The position numbers and the translations under genes were made by a program. This document shows positions 36,001-46,682 of a stretch of DNA of 64,000 bases, one piece after another (position 1 is the stretch's first letter; the number at the start of each line of letters is the position of its first letter). Origin of the DNA: Amoebophrya sp. A120 (lineage: Eukaryota; Protista; Dinoflagellata); contig CAJINV010000005.1 in the NCBI GenBank assembly GCA_905178155.1, positions 42,254 to 106,253 of the forward strand, given 5' to 3'. The notes beneath the pieces are model-generated. The model was not told the origin of the DNA, searched no databases, and was given only the letters and a program-made list of their open reading frames with translations.

Positions 36001-39000
36001 GCAATACAAATTTTTTTAGGATCCAAGAACAGCATGACAAGTTGCAACCTGCCAGACCCAGACGTTTTTGCGATTGATAGTTGTTATCGGAGGACGACGT
36101 CGTGCCGGAGTCGTTATCCCGCTCGTCGCTGCTGGTCGTGTGAATACTGAAGCTCGGGGTTTTAGAGTTCGAAGTTGTGCTAGTCAACAGCATCGCTTTA
36201 TTCCGGTCGAGTTTCCGCTGCTCTTCGTGCAGGTTGAGAACCTTCAGCTGCTCGTCCAACTGGTGTTCTTGCTGCAACGCCGCCAGCGGCTCCAAAACTG
36301 CCCCGTTTTCCACGATGCTCCCCGGGCCGACGAAGCAGCTCCCGCCGAGCTTCGCCCCGTGGCCGATGGAGACATCGGCCAAAGTAATATTCTCCAGGTC
36401 AAAAGACACCGTACAAACTATGACGATGAAAAATGCCCCCACCCCGGAATTTGCAGAAGTTTGTCATGCAAAGTTTCCAAATCAATGAAAGGTTTTTGTC
36501 TTGCATAAAAGGATTGCGAGTATTTCTCATACAGAATCTGGGTGCGCAAGGTGCCTTGTGCATAACAGATCCCGCTGCTGTTGGGCTACTTCGCAACACA
36601 AATTTGACCTATTCATTGATTCAGCATGGAAAATTTGTGATGCTGGTATATGCAAGACGGGGAATGTTTCTGTTGGAACTGTTTACAATACAAATGCTGC
36701 CAAGCTGGGGGTGGGGACATTTTTCATTTTAATACAGACCACCGCGTCGCGGATGATCACGTTGTCGCCGATTTTCACCCGCTTCAGCTCCCCGTTGAAT
36801 TTCCACTTATCAAATGCAAAAATGTCTGGGTCTGGAAGAATGCAACTTGTGATGCTGCATTTGGATTCCAAAAAGATCTGTATTGCATGAGTAGCAAAGG
36901 GAGTGCAGTTTTTGCTACGCTGAGAAGGCATTTGTCACGCGGAATAGGCATCAAGAAGCCCTCAAAAAATCTGTATTGCTAGGGTATGCATCACAGACAT
37001 CATGGCTCAAGCTCATGCAAAACGTGCATGACAAGTGTCACGATCTTCCAGACCCAGACATTTATTTTTACAGTTGATACCACTGGCCGCCAAACCAACA
37101 ATTCTCCCCGACGTCCGCGCCGTACAGCTTCAGCCCCTCGCCGACCCAGTCCGCGTGGACAACGACCGCGCAGAGGCGGAGAAACCCGACCCAGATGGCT
37201 TCGAGTCGCCCCCGCGTCCACAACAGGTATATCAACTGCAAACATGTCTGGGTCTGGAGGAGTCATGCTGCTTTTGCATAACACAGAAGGTCTGGCATGG
37301 AAGCTCTAGCATCACAGACTTCGAGAAGCTTCCGCAATGCCGAATCCGCATGACAAATCCCACATTCTGGTAACAGAAAGTGGGCAGCTTGTGCTGCCTC
37401 TGCACGACAGATTTTTATGTGTTGTGAAATGCGCATCACAAGTTTGCTTTCTTCCAGACCCAGACATCACTTTTGCAATGCATAAGGTAGTGGCGGAAAC
37501 TGAATTTTTCAAACCGTGCCACGTTCTGCGGACCGCTATCCTGTGCAAAAGTATCGTACTCGTATTGCAATCATGCAAAACAAATCTTTGTCTTAAGATA
37601 AATCAGCATTACAAATTTTATCTGTCACGCTGAGGAAGTTTGTGATGCATTTATACGAGTACGATACTTTTGCAATGCATAACCGCGGCAGGGCGGCAAC
37701 AAGCACTTCTCGAGCAAGCGGAGCACATGGTGGCAGGCCACGGACTCGAGAACGAACAGGATCGCGACGAGAAGCATCCCGGAGGAGAAGATCAAAACGT
37801 ACTTCATCGCTTCGATTGGGTCCGTAGCCATTGCAGTGATGGACGCGACTAAATCTTCTGAAGTTCTTGCAGAAGCTCCTGATGACGCAGAGGAAGAAGA
37901 TTCTTCAAACCCGTAGGTCGCCAAGACGAGCAGAATCCCGAACACCACCTGCCCCCCGCCCGCGACGAACAGGGTGGCGGCTTGGAGAATCGTGAACACG
38001 GAGGGGCCCATGCTGCTCGAAATGTCGAAGCCCTGCGGGAAGATGTGCGTCGCAATGTAGTTGTCGGAAGAGTAGTAGACCGCCTTTGCGTTGTCCAATT
38101 CCGACTGCGCTCGTGTCCGCACCGACGTGATGCTCTCCGCGGAGCTGCTGCCGGCGGTGGTCGTGCTGACCAGCGTTTCCGTTTCCCCGACCGAAGCCAT
38201 CTTTTGCTTCAAAAACGAGCTGCTTTTGTTGCTGTCCGCAGAATCCGATTTCTTGATCGAGTTCTGTCGGTCCTTCGCGATTTTCTTCGCCAAGGCCGCG
38301 GGCGTGCTGGCAACCTCGGTCAACAGGTCACGCACGGCGACGCCGTGGAAGCCGTGGCCCCGAAGCTTGGTGGCGAGACCGGCGATAGTGAGAGAGTCAC
38401 CGCCGAGATCTTTCACAAAATGGCTGCGCCACTGTACGGTTCTGTTTTAATGATGATGTGGAATTCAATTTTGCAAATATTTCTTTGGTCTTTGCTTGTT
38501 TCGATAGTTATGTTACGTGGAACATCAGCATGTTTCACAATTGAACTCCTAGGCTAAAGCTCACTCTTACGGTATTATTTCGCACCACGGCACAAACTTT
38601 CCACTTCTACCTTGGCTTCAAAGTTTCCTGGCAGAGTAGCAAAACTTCGCTGTCCAATTCCGTGACTGGTCCCTCCGACAGCACATCCGTAAGAACGCTC
38701 TTCAAATTACCAGTCCCGAAACCTCCGCCCTCCTCGTCATCCAGCGGTTGCGCCAGCAAGCTTTCCGCGGACAGGTCCGGCAGCGCCTTTCGGTTCAGCT
38801 TCCCGGAGCTTGGCAGCCGCGGCACGTCCTCGAGCAAACCGAAGCACCCCGGAATCGCCATTTTTATCCTGAGTAAAAACGTACCCACCCCAGAGTTGTA
38901 ATGCAGATTTGCAATGACAAAGACATTTGTGATGCGCATCCCCATGAGAACCATTTCCAATCGTGTTTTGGAATTTGTGATGCTGTGAACAGGATCAGCA

Positions 39001-42000
39001 GGTCGATTTGTGATGCGGCTTTCCTTGCTAACTTGCACTACCTTACGGACTGAAACTTGTCATGCGTAACTCCCAAAACTCCTAGGTTTGTGTTGCAAAA
39101 TCCCCATCTTTACTCTGGTGTGGGTACGTTTTTACTCAGGATAATTTTCGGAACGTACTCCGCGATTTTCGCCTGCAGAATTTTCGTCACCTCGACGTTC
39201 GCCAACCGGAGATTTCTCTCCGACCAGGTGACCGTCGACACCGTCGTGGGGTTCATCAACACCGGCTTGGCGCTCGTTTCCACGCTGATCGCGGTCAGAT
39301 TTTCCATCCGCTCGAACAACTGCGGCACCTGGAGGAAGCCAACCAGTCCGTTGCCCTGCTTCTCCACGGTTGCGGACACGATCTCGATATCGGATAAATA
39401 TTTCTTCACGACGTTGTCTTTATCTTTACCTTCTTCATCCTCGACAATTTCTTGCACCGTCTTCATCAGCCCCGCCTCCACGGATTGGAGTTCGATCCGG
39501 TGTTATTACAATGAAAAATGCCCCCAGCCCAGAACTTGGCAGCATTTGCATTGCAAACCTTTCCAATGGAAACATTCCCCGTCTTGCATATCCCAGTATC
39601 ACAAATCTTCCATGCTGAATAGCCCAAACTTGTGTTGCAAAGGAGCCCAACAGCAGGCGGGCGTGTTATGCAAAAGATACCTTGCACCCCTAGATTCTGC
39701 GTCAGAAAGGCTCGTAGTCCTTTCATGCAAGACAAAAAGCTTTCATTTGGAAACTTTGCATGAAAAACTTTTGCAAATTCCAGGGAGGGAGCATTTTTCA
39801 TTTTGATAGGTGCCCCCGGATCTTCACCTGGTGGTCGATCCGGCCGAGAAAGTGCACTTCCTTCGTCTTCGCGTCGATCTTGCACAGATCCCCGGTGCGA
39901 TACAACCGCCCGTACACCGAATGCTCGATAAATTTTTCCGCGGTCAAGTCTGGGCGGTTCAAGTACCCCTTCGCGAGTTGCAGGCCGCCGACGCACAATT
40001 CGCCCGTCTCCCCGTGGGGGAGCGGTTGTTGGAAGTCGACGCCGAGGATCACGGCGGTCGTGCCCGCGTGCGGGGTGCCGATGCTGCAGCCCCCGTGCTC
40101 CGCGTTGTAGTAAACGTCCCCGGAGAGCACGCAAATCGAGGCCTCGGTCGGCCCGTAGCCGTTGACGAGTCGTCGTCCACCGGCGGTCCAGGGTTGGACA
40201 ATGTCCTCCCGCAAGGCCTCGCCCCCGCAGTACACGTGGCGTAATAGTGGCAGCGGTAGGTCTCGCATCGGGTAGGCGGAAATGGTAGGGAGGAGAGAGG
40301 GCACGGGAAAAATGCTAGTAATTTGTTCTCGCTTAATCACCCCGACCATGTCCGGCCCGGAACGGATCTGCGCGTCTAGCAGGCAAACCACGAGACAGCC
40401 AGATAGCCACGGAATGTACATCTCGTCGATGCTAGAATCGTAGGAGAGCGAGGAGGAAGTGCTGCCGATGTCGTAGTCGTTCAGTAAGGAAAAAGTATCC
40501 CCGGCGTTCAAGAGGGACTGCACGTACCCTTTGTGGGTGGACAAAACTGCCTTCGGCTTCCCCGTCGATCCCGAGGTGTAGTTTCCTGAGTAAAAACGCT
40601 CCACCCCAGAGTCAAGATGGGAAGGCTGCAACACAAATCTCCAAGTTTTGTCAGTTGTGCATCACAAATTTCCATCTGCAGTGTAGTGCTGCTTAGCAAG
40701 GCCAGCCGCATGAGAAACCCAGCTTCTCATCCTGTTTACAGCATTACAAAGTCCAAAACACAATTGGAAATGCCTCTCACGCTCATGGAGATGCGCATTG
40801 CAAATCTTCCTGTCATTGCAAATCTGCATGACAAATCTGGGGTAGGGACGTTTTTACTCAGGATATGTAGATCACCGTCGCCAGCCGCTCCTTCGGGTCG
40901 TCCAACCACTCGGGCTGCGTCAGGTCGTGGCTGTGCTCGGTGTTGTGCAACAGAAATTCCTCATCTTCGTAGTACGCGAGCCTCTGCACGATGTCCAGCA
41001 CCGGGCAAACGTAAAAAGCAGTACTAGCTGGGGCAGCGGTCACGACACCATTGCTCATCATTCCGGCTCCCCCGGCACCACCCTTCCGGGGGAACAGCCT
41101 CGCTTGCCATTCCGCCCTCTGCTCCCCGCACAGCACGATCCTCGGCTGACAATCCTGCAGCATTGTTTGCAAGATTTCGTCCGGAAGATTGCCGTCGAGG
41201 AAGAGAACCGCCGCCCCGGACTTCAAGACCCCGAGTTGGCAGGCGAAGATGTGGTAGGAATCGCGGGGGAGCAACACGGCGACAATTTGGTCCTTGCCCG
41301 TGACGAACTCTTCCTGTAACAGAACGCGCTTGATCAGCTCCGCTTTTGCGTTCATCTGCTGAAAAGTCAGAGTCGTCTCCCAAGCCGAGTCCGCGACGCG
41401 GAAACAGGGCGAGTCCGGCCATTTCTTCGCGGACTTCTCGAACAGTTCGTGGAGCCACTTGGTGTGTTTCTGGTGCGCCAAGGCGGTGATCAGAAAATCC
41501 GGCGACCAGGTTTCGGTCAGCGACGCGTTGTCCAGGTCCTTCTGGTCGTGCCTGGTTCGGCCAATCCGCACGTACTCACGCCACAGGAAAAAGGCAACGG
41601 AGGTGAAGACAATCAGGAAGACTATCAGCCCGATGGCAACCCCAGAAGTGAAAGACCCGTCAAACGCCTCCTGGTGCAAGTCGCGCAGGACACTTAGCGT
41701 GGAGGCGAGGGCGCTGGCGGGGAGGGCGGAGGTTAGTTTCACGCTTTTCGGGTCAAAATCGGTGATCTTCGAGGACCTACGCGCCTGACTTCCATGATCT
41801 TCCAGGAAAAAGAGCGGTTTGAAGATCTTAGTGTCGAAAAAACTTGTTTTGGAGCCGCTCAAGGTCTTCTTGTCATCAGTGGTCTCGTGGCGAGTACGCG
41901 AACTGAACGTAGTGGTCGTGGAAACTTCCTTCACTACGGGAGTTGTCCCTTTCGCTCTCTTGATGTTCTTTCGGATCAAGTTCTTACCCACACTTCTTTG

Positions 42001-42123
42001 CAGCTTCGCCCCCTTCGCCGCAAAAGACGAAGCCCGCAGGCTAGCACGGTTCCGCGCGGTAACGCCAGTAAACGCACCGGCGGGCGCGGCGGCCAGCAAA
42101 CATGTGAGTGCGGTCCCCAGCAT
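33059..42123 (-). CDS. Single-module membrane-bound NRPS-like enzyme of the Pls (epsilon-poly-L-lysine synthetase) family, ~1979 aa, 13 exons
   Basis: After removing 11 TIR elements (each plus one TSD) and GT-AG intron 38442-38610, 5940 nt remain in frame. Adenylation motifs YTSGSTGKPK, NGYGPTE, YRTGD, QVKIRGHRIEL, SGKLNR; T domain LGGDSL; three TM plus hexapeptide-like terminal domains (WEGVPA, TFFGIPP, QIHTFEDR, VVMKTE...YAGSP); TGA at 33059-33061. Confidence 0.9.
33234..33485. mobile_element. Introner-like TIR element, family A
   Basis: tatcaaatgcaaaagtgtctgggtctgg...ccagacccagacatttttacaatccata; perfect TSD tcgtc; removal gives AQPTRLGDN. Confidence 0.95.
33544..33810. mobile_element. 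Introner-like TIR element, family A
   Basis: tatgcattgcaaatatgtctgggtctgg...ccagacccagacatatttgcaatccata; perfect TSD ggcat; removal gives VLAMPHWQIHTFEDR. Confidence 0.95.
34656..34919. mobile_element. Introner-like TIR element, family A
   Basis: tatggactgcaaatatgtctgggtctgg...ccagacccagacatatttgcatttgata; perfect TSD gccac; removal gives VRTVAYGN. Confidence 0.95.
35818..36079. mobile_element. Introner-like TIR element, family A
   Basis: Family A TIRs; perfect TSD gttgt; removal gives SSDNNDGAEL. Interior is an inverted, diverged copy of 36808-37079. Confidence 0.95.
36419..36734. mobile_element. Introner-like TIR element, family C
   Basis: tatgacgatgaaaaatgcccccacccc...ggggtggggacatttttcattttaata; TSD caaac/cagac; removal gives DAVVCTVSFD. 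Inverted homologue of 39504-39808. Confidence 0.92.
36808..37079. mobile_element. Introner-like TIR element, family A
   Basis: Family A TIRs; perfect TSD ccact; removal gives ENCWFGGQWKFNGE. Confidence 0.95.
37230..37484. mobile_element. Introner-like TIR element, family A
   Basis: Family A TIRs; perfect TSD aggta; removal gives FRHYLLWTRG. Confidence 0.95.
37537..37681. mobile_element. Introner-like TIR element, family D (145 bp, the shortest)
   Basis: tatcctgtgcaaaagtatcgtactcgtat...atacgagtacgatacttttgcaatgcata; perfect TSD accgc; removal gives PPCRGPQNV. Confidence 0.93.
38865..39143. mobile_element. Introner-like TIR element, family B
   Basis: tatcctgagtaaaaacgtaccca at both ends, inverted; perfect TSD atttt; removal gives EYVPKMAIPG. 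Confidence 0.95.
39504..39808. mobile_element. Introner-like TIR element, family C
   Basis: tattacaatgaaaaatgc...gcatttttcattttgata; TSD ggtgt/ggtgc; removal restores QVKIRGHRIEL. Confidence 0.93.
40582..40865. mobile_element. Introner-like TIR element, family B
   Basis: tttcctgagtaaaaacg...cgtttttactcaggata (left end TTT rather than TAT); perfect TSD tgtag; removal restores VIYTSGSTGKPK. Inverted homologue of 38865-39143. Confidence 0.95.
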
Positions 42124-42817
42124 GTTGCCGGTACCAAGGTGGGAATGGCGAGAAGGTCCGCAAGAGAAGGGCTAGGTGTGAAAAAGATGCACACGTGGGA
42201 GCAGGTGGCCCGATACTAGCTCAGGCATCTTTTGTGTTTGAGCTTTGACGTCTTGTTTGCACTCATTCTCGATGCCGTCACCATGCTCGGCTTCAGGTTT
42301 GCATTTGCAATTCTTGGTGTTGCAGCTCCCTCGAGCGTAGGTGTACGTTTGCTTGTCATTACAAAATCTGACGCAGACTCAATCTCAACATAATTCGCTC
42401 TCTTACGGTTGCAGCCGCACCGCTAAGATCAGGCCCTTGCTCTCCACTCAGCCTGCTCCTTCTCAGCGCAACTCTTGTGTCCTCTAACCGCACAGAAACA
42501 AACGCAAAAGAAGACTCTCTCGGCTGGTGGCACAGAAGTGTCGCGCAAGTAGGTACCCGTCCCCGCCAAGCAGCTGTGCACGAAATCGTCTACTGACGAG
42601 ACGCCGAACACGCAACTTCGCGAATCGCGGGCCCGCATCGATCAGAGCCATCGCATCTGGTAGTTGAAGCATCAAATAATCGAACATGGAAAGAGCACAC
42701 CAGCACTACTTGAAGGAAGAGGAGCGCATAAAGTTTTAGACTTGATTTTCATTATCTGTGCGCATCCCGCCATCGCGCAACAGCACAGCATCGATTCCAA
42801 AAAGCCACCCTCTACTT

Positions 42818-43437
<620 letters not shown>

Positions 43438-45724
43438 CTAAATGACGGAGTAGTATGTGATACAGATACAGATACAGAAATTCATGGGTTTGTTTGAGTT
43501 GTACCATGAAGCTTCTCAACACCCGGAGGCGGAGAGCACAAAACATCCAATGGGAGAGCTCGCACACACACCAAAGAGAGAAAATAAAGAAATAGATATT
43601 AGAATGCTCTGCTGTGAGTAACTATAAAAACGAAGGTGTTTCTAAACGGGATTTACGACTCAAACGACTTTGCGTTCTACTACAAAAGGTCGGCGCTACT
43701 TAAGGCTGGCACTAGTGAAAGTCGCATCCTATCTACATCGCTTCCTTGATATAGTCTTTCTTTTAAGCTTGACACTTTTGTCGAGGAGGATTTGAAGCCA
43801 GAGTGAGAAACTATTTTTCATTCGCTAAAAGGAGGAGGAGGAAACCACTACAGTCAGCTTCTAACTACTAAGCTACTCTCTCTTTTAAGCTAACCATAGG
43901 ACATGTTTCTGGAGACGACTAGCCGAGCGGGGATAGGTTTGTAAAAGGTGAACAAATAGCCCTGCCAGGTGTACAAAACCTAGGACTTCAGTGCCACCCG
44001 TCTCTAGTAGGTCTCCTTTTCTCCGCTCAAGGCCCGTCCCCGAGTCTGTACTGCAAACGCCCCCATGGTGTCGCTGGCCGCTTGAATGCAGTGGCTCGCT
44101 GGGTCCGCGGTAGTTGTATCTGCCTGCTGTACGTCTTCACTTGATGTCGTAGTTTCCCGGTGGAGAGACGACGCAACATACTAGCTACGACACCGTGACG
44201 CGTGTCAAACCACAGCGAGAGAGCTCGGGGCGCAAGGTTTGGATTTGTGGCGCTGGAGCGACAACAGGGTCGAGACCGAAGCCCGTAACCAGAGTGCCCA
44301 GACGCCACGCCTGTTCGACGAGAGGAAGTGAGCCACTACTGTGTCGAATGGTTGTGAGGGCGAAGCAACAGAGTTACCTGTCGGCTGAAGCCCGCAGTGG
44401 AGGACTCCCAATCCCTCCACCGTCTACATGAAGTAGTGCAGCATGATGATATTATAAAAACGTCGCCCGCTCCGACGTAGTACAGATAGCTCCCCCGTCG
44501 TCGATCCTCGGTTGACTCTCCCCCGTCGTTGGCGGAAGTCCTTCTGTCGCGCGTGTAGGCGCGTCCACGTCCGACGTCGTTAAGAGGGGCGCTGTTCTCG
44601 AGCACGCTGGCTGTGCTGATGCACAAAGAAAGATAGCATGGGTGGAGTCAAAGGAATAACCAGGGGAACGACAAAAGATCGATAAGGACAAGCCCCCGGG
44701 TTCCTCTCACTGACATGTCCTGCGCCCTCGTCCATAAGAAAAACGCAGGCCCTTGTCGCGTCGCTCGATCACGGCACGAAGGTCACGACCACGGCGGGCG
44801 CGGGTGGAGTGTATAAGCTAGTCTATGCGCTATTTCTCTATTGCCCGGCTTCTATACTTTCTTTTTTACTCTTAAGCTATTGCTATCCGAGGCCTTCTAT
44901 CTAACTCCACGACGGGGCTACGCGGTTACCCGTGCTGCGGCGGCGCTGTCAGTGAGAGGGACGACGTCATTATTTTGTTTATACTCTGGACCGATGTCGT
45001 TCGTTCCTAAAGGGACGAGGCTCGCTGGGGCCCCCTGCAGCATCCAGGGACCCTCTCGAGGCCCCTCGCCCCCACGGTTTTTGGTTGATTTTCAAGTAGT
45101 ATCCGTTCTCATCGACGACGAAGAACAACGACGAAGAACAAAAATGAATGATGCGTCAGGGCGTATTAGCGTGATCTGATTATCAAATCAGATAGGGACA
45201 ATGCACCCAGGAGTAAAGTTTTTCTAATATCCAGGAGTAAAGTTTTGACTCGGAGAAAATGCGCTTCAATTGCTGGTGATGCTCATACAAATATCATGCT
45301 TGTCGTAGACCATGTCCCTGCAAGCAAATCGCTAAAAACAGAGCTTTTTTTCCTTTCTTCGCACGCTCTTCTACTTCTCCTTTTCGGATCTCGCAACGTG
45401 TTCTTCCATCACTGCCTTTATTTTTACGCGCTCGTAACGATAGAAGTCGGAAAATCTTTGTGTGTAGCTATTGACTTTGTTGAAATCGTGGCGAGATCTA
45501 AAAATTTTCCATAGTGCTCAGACTGCGGTTGGAATGTGCTAAAGTGCAAGCTTTTTTGCTAGTGAATTGGCTGCAAGCGACGTACTTGGACCTTGACCTG
45601 ACGACTTTTTTTACGTCAAGATCGTAAGAGGCTTCAAACGGACTAGTATTAACATCACTAATTAGACTTCAACAAATCTAACGCTGCTAACACACAAAGT
45701 TTTTTCACTTGCATAGATCCGGCG

Positions 45725-46054
45725 CTATGCTGCCGCGCCAGCCCGCGCGCGTTTCAACTTGATGTTTTCGATGTGCGGCCTGGGATGGCGTAAAATTTCG
45801 TCGCGGAGTTGTACCGCTCGTCTGACTGCTTCGTCCGGGTCGCCGAATTTGGAAAGATTGACACTGCGGACGACGTCGAAAGCTACCCCGTCATCGTCTT
45901 TGGGCCGGACCTTGACCGACAGCTTGCCCTCCCTCGTCAACGTTATGTTTTTCGGCAGCTTCCTGGACTGTAGCCCCATCACAAGTTGTCGCTTTTGCTT
46001 GGCCTTGGCAGCTGGTACGATCTTCTTCTTTATCGTTTTCAGGTGTACTTCTAC
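45725..46054 (-). CDS. Small basic ORF or terminal exon with a probable AP2-like DNA-binding domain
   Basis: Beta-strand-like LPKNITLTREGKLSVKVR followed by SKFGDPDEAVRRAVQLRD resembles the AP2 helix pattern (K[FY]G..EA...A...R). The frame is open upstream to a TAA near 46057; the start is unresolved. Confidence 0.5.
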   Translation of the reverse strand, partial: VEVHLKTIKKKIVPAAKAKQKRQLVMGLQSRKLPKNITLTREGKLSVKVRPKDDDGVAFDVVRSVNLSKFGDPDEAVRRAVQLRDEILRHPRPHIENIKLKRARAGAAA

Positions 46055-46682
46055 TTATTTTGAAACGCCTCTATATAGTTTCACGGATCGGCTGAGCCGC
46101 AAGAGGACTCGCCTATCGCTTTCGCTTTTGTTCTGAGGACTTTACGACGGGTACGGATATCTTAAAAGAACAGGTCTGCTTACAGTATCTGCGGCCAGCG
46201 CCAGCTTCAAAAATCGCGTTACTGTAAAAGCTAGCAGATACCGTCACTACATCTTTCTAGTTTTGAAGCATTTCTTGTGCCGCGCAGAGTCAAAGGTTTT
46301 TATTGGCAGGCACAACACAATGCATTGTGAGACATGCATTGGTGCGACTTGATTGCAAATGATGAAATCACTAATATTCTAATAAAACATCGGTATGAAA
46401 GGTTTCTTGAGGACAAGTGCATGCGCACCTGCAGTGCAGCGACCACAATGATTCAAAGAAAATCTCCACACTGAGACCGAACCTGAAAGACTCAAAAAAT
46501 GCGAGTGGCGCCTTTACTTATACTTTTTGAGTCTACACAAAGCAATAAAATAAAGAAGTGAAGGACGAAGAGACCACGGAAAAAACACATCTCCCCCTGA
46601 GTCACCGAAGACAGCTTCAAAATGCCACATCCACTGTACAACTACAACTACCCGAGGAAGTAAGTAAATAGCTTTGCCTCCG

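Noticed and set aside
33234-37484. Recurring tctgggtctgg repeats with unique spacers suggesting a CRISPR array
   Set aside because: The repeats are inverted pairs flanked by TSDs, the intervening DNA is exon, and there are no cas genes.
37821-37832. tccgtagccatt matches part of the dinoflagellate spliced leader
   Set aside because: Only 12 nt, antisense and inside an NRPS exon; likely chance.
40578-40866. One register gives an AT-AC intron starting ATATCCTG, resembling a U12-type donor
   Set aside because: The same-family element at 38865 and the others cannot give AT-AC ends; this is a coincidence of the TSD base with the TATCCT terminus.
33059-42123. NRPS as a MITE-riddled pseudogene
   Set aside because: No stop or frameshift remains after removing the elements, although the elements themselves are clearly diverged from each other; this points to continued selection on the exons.
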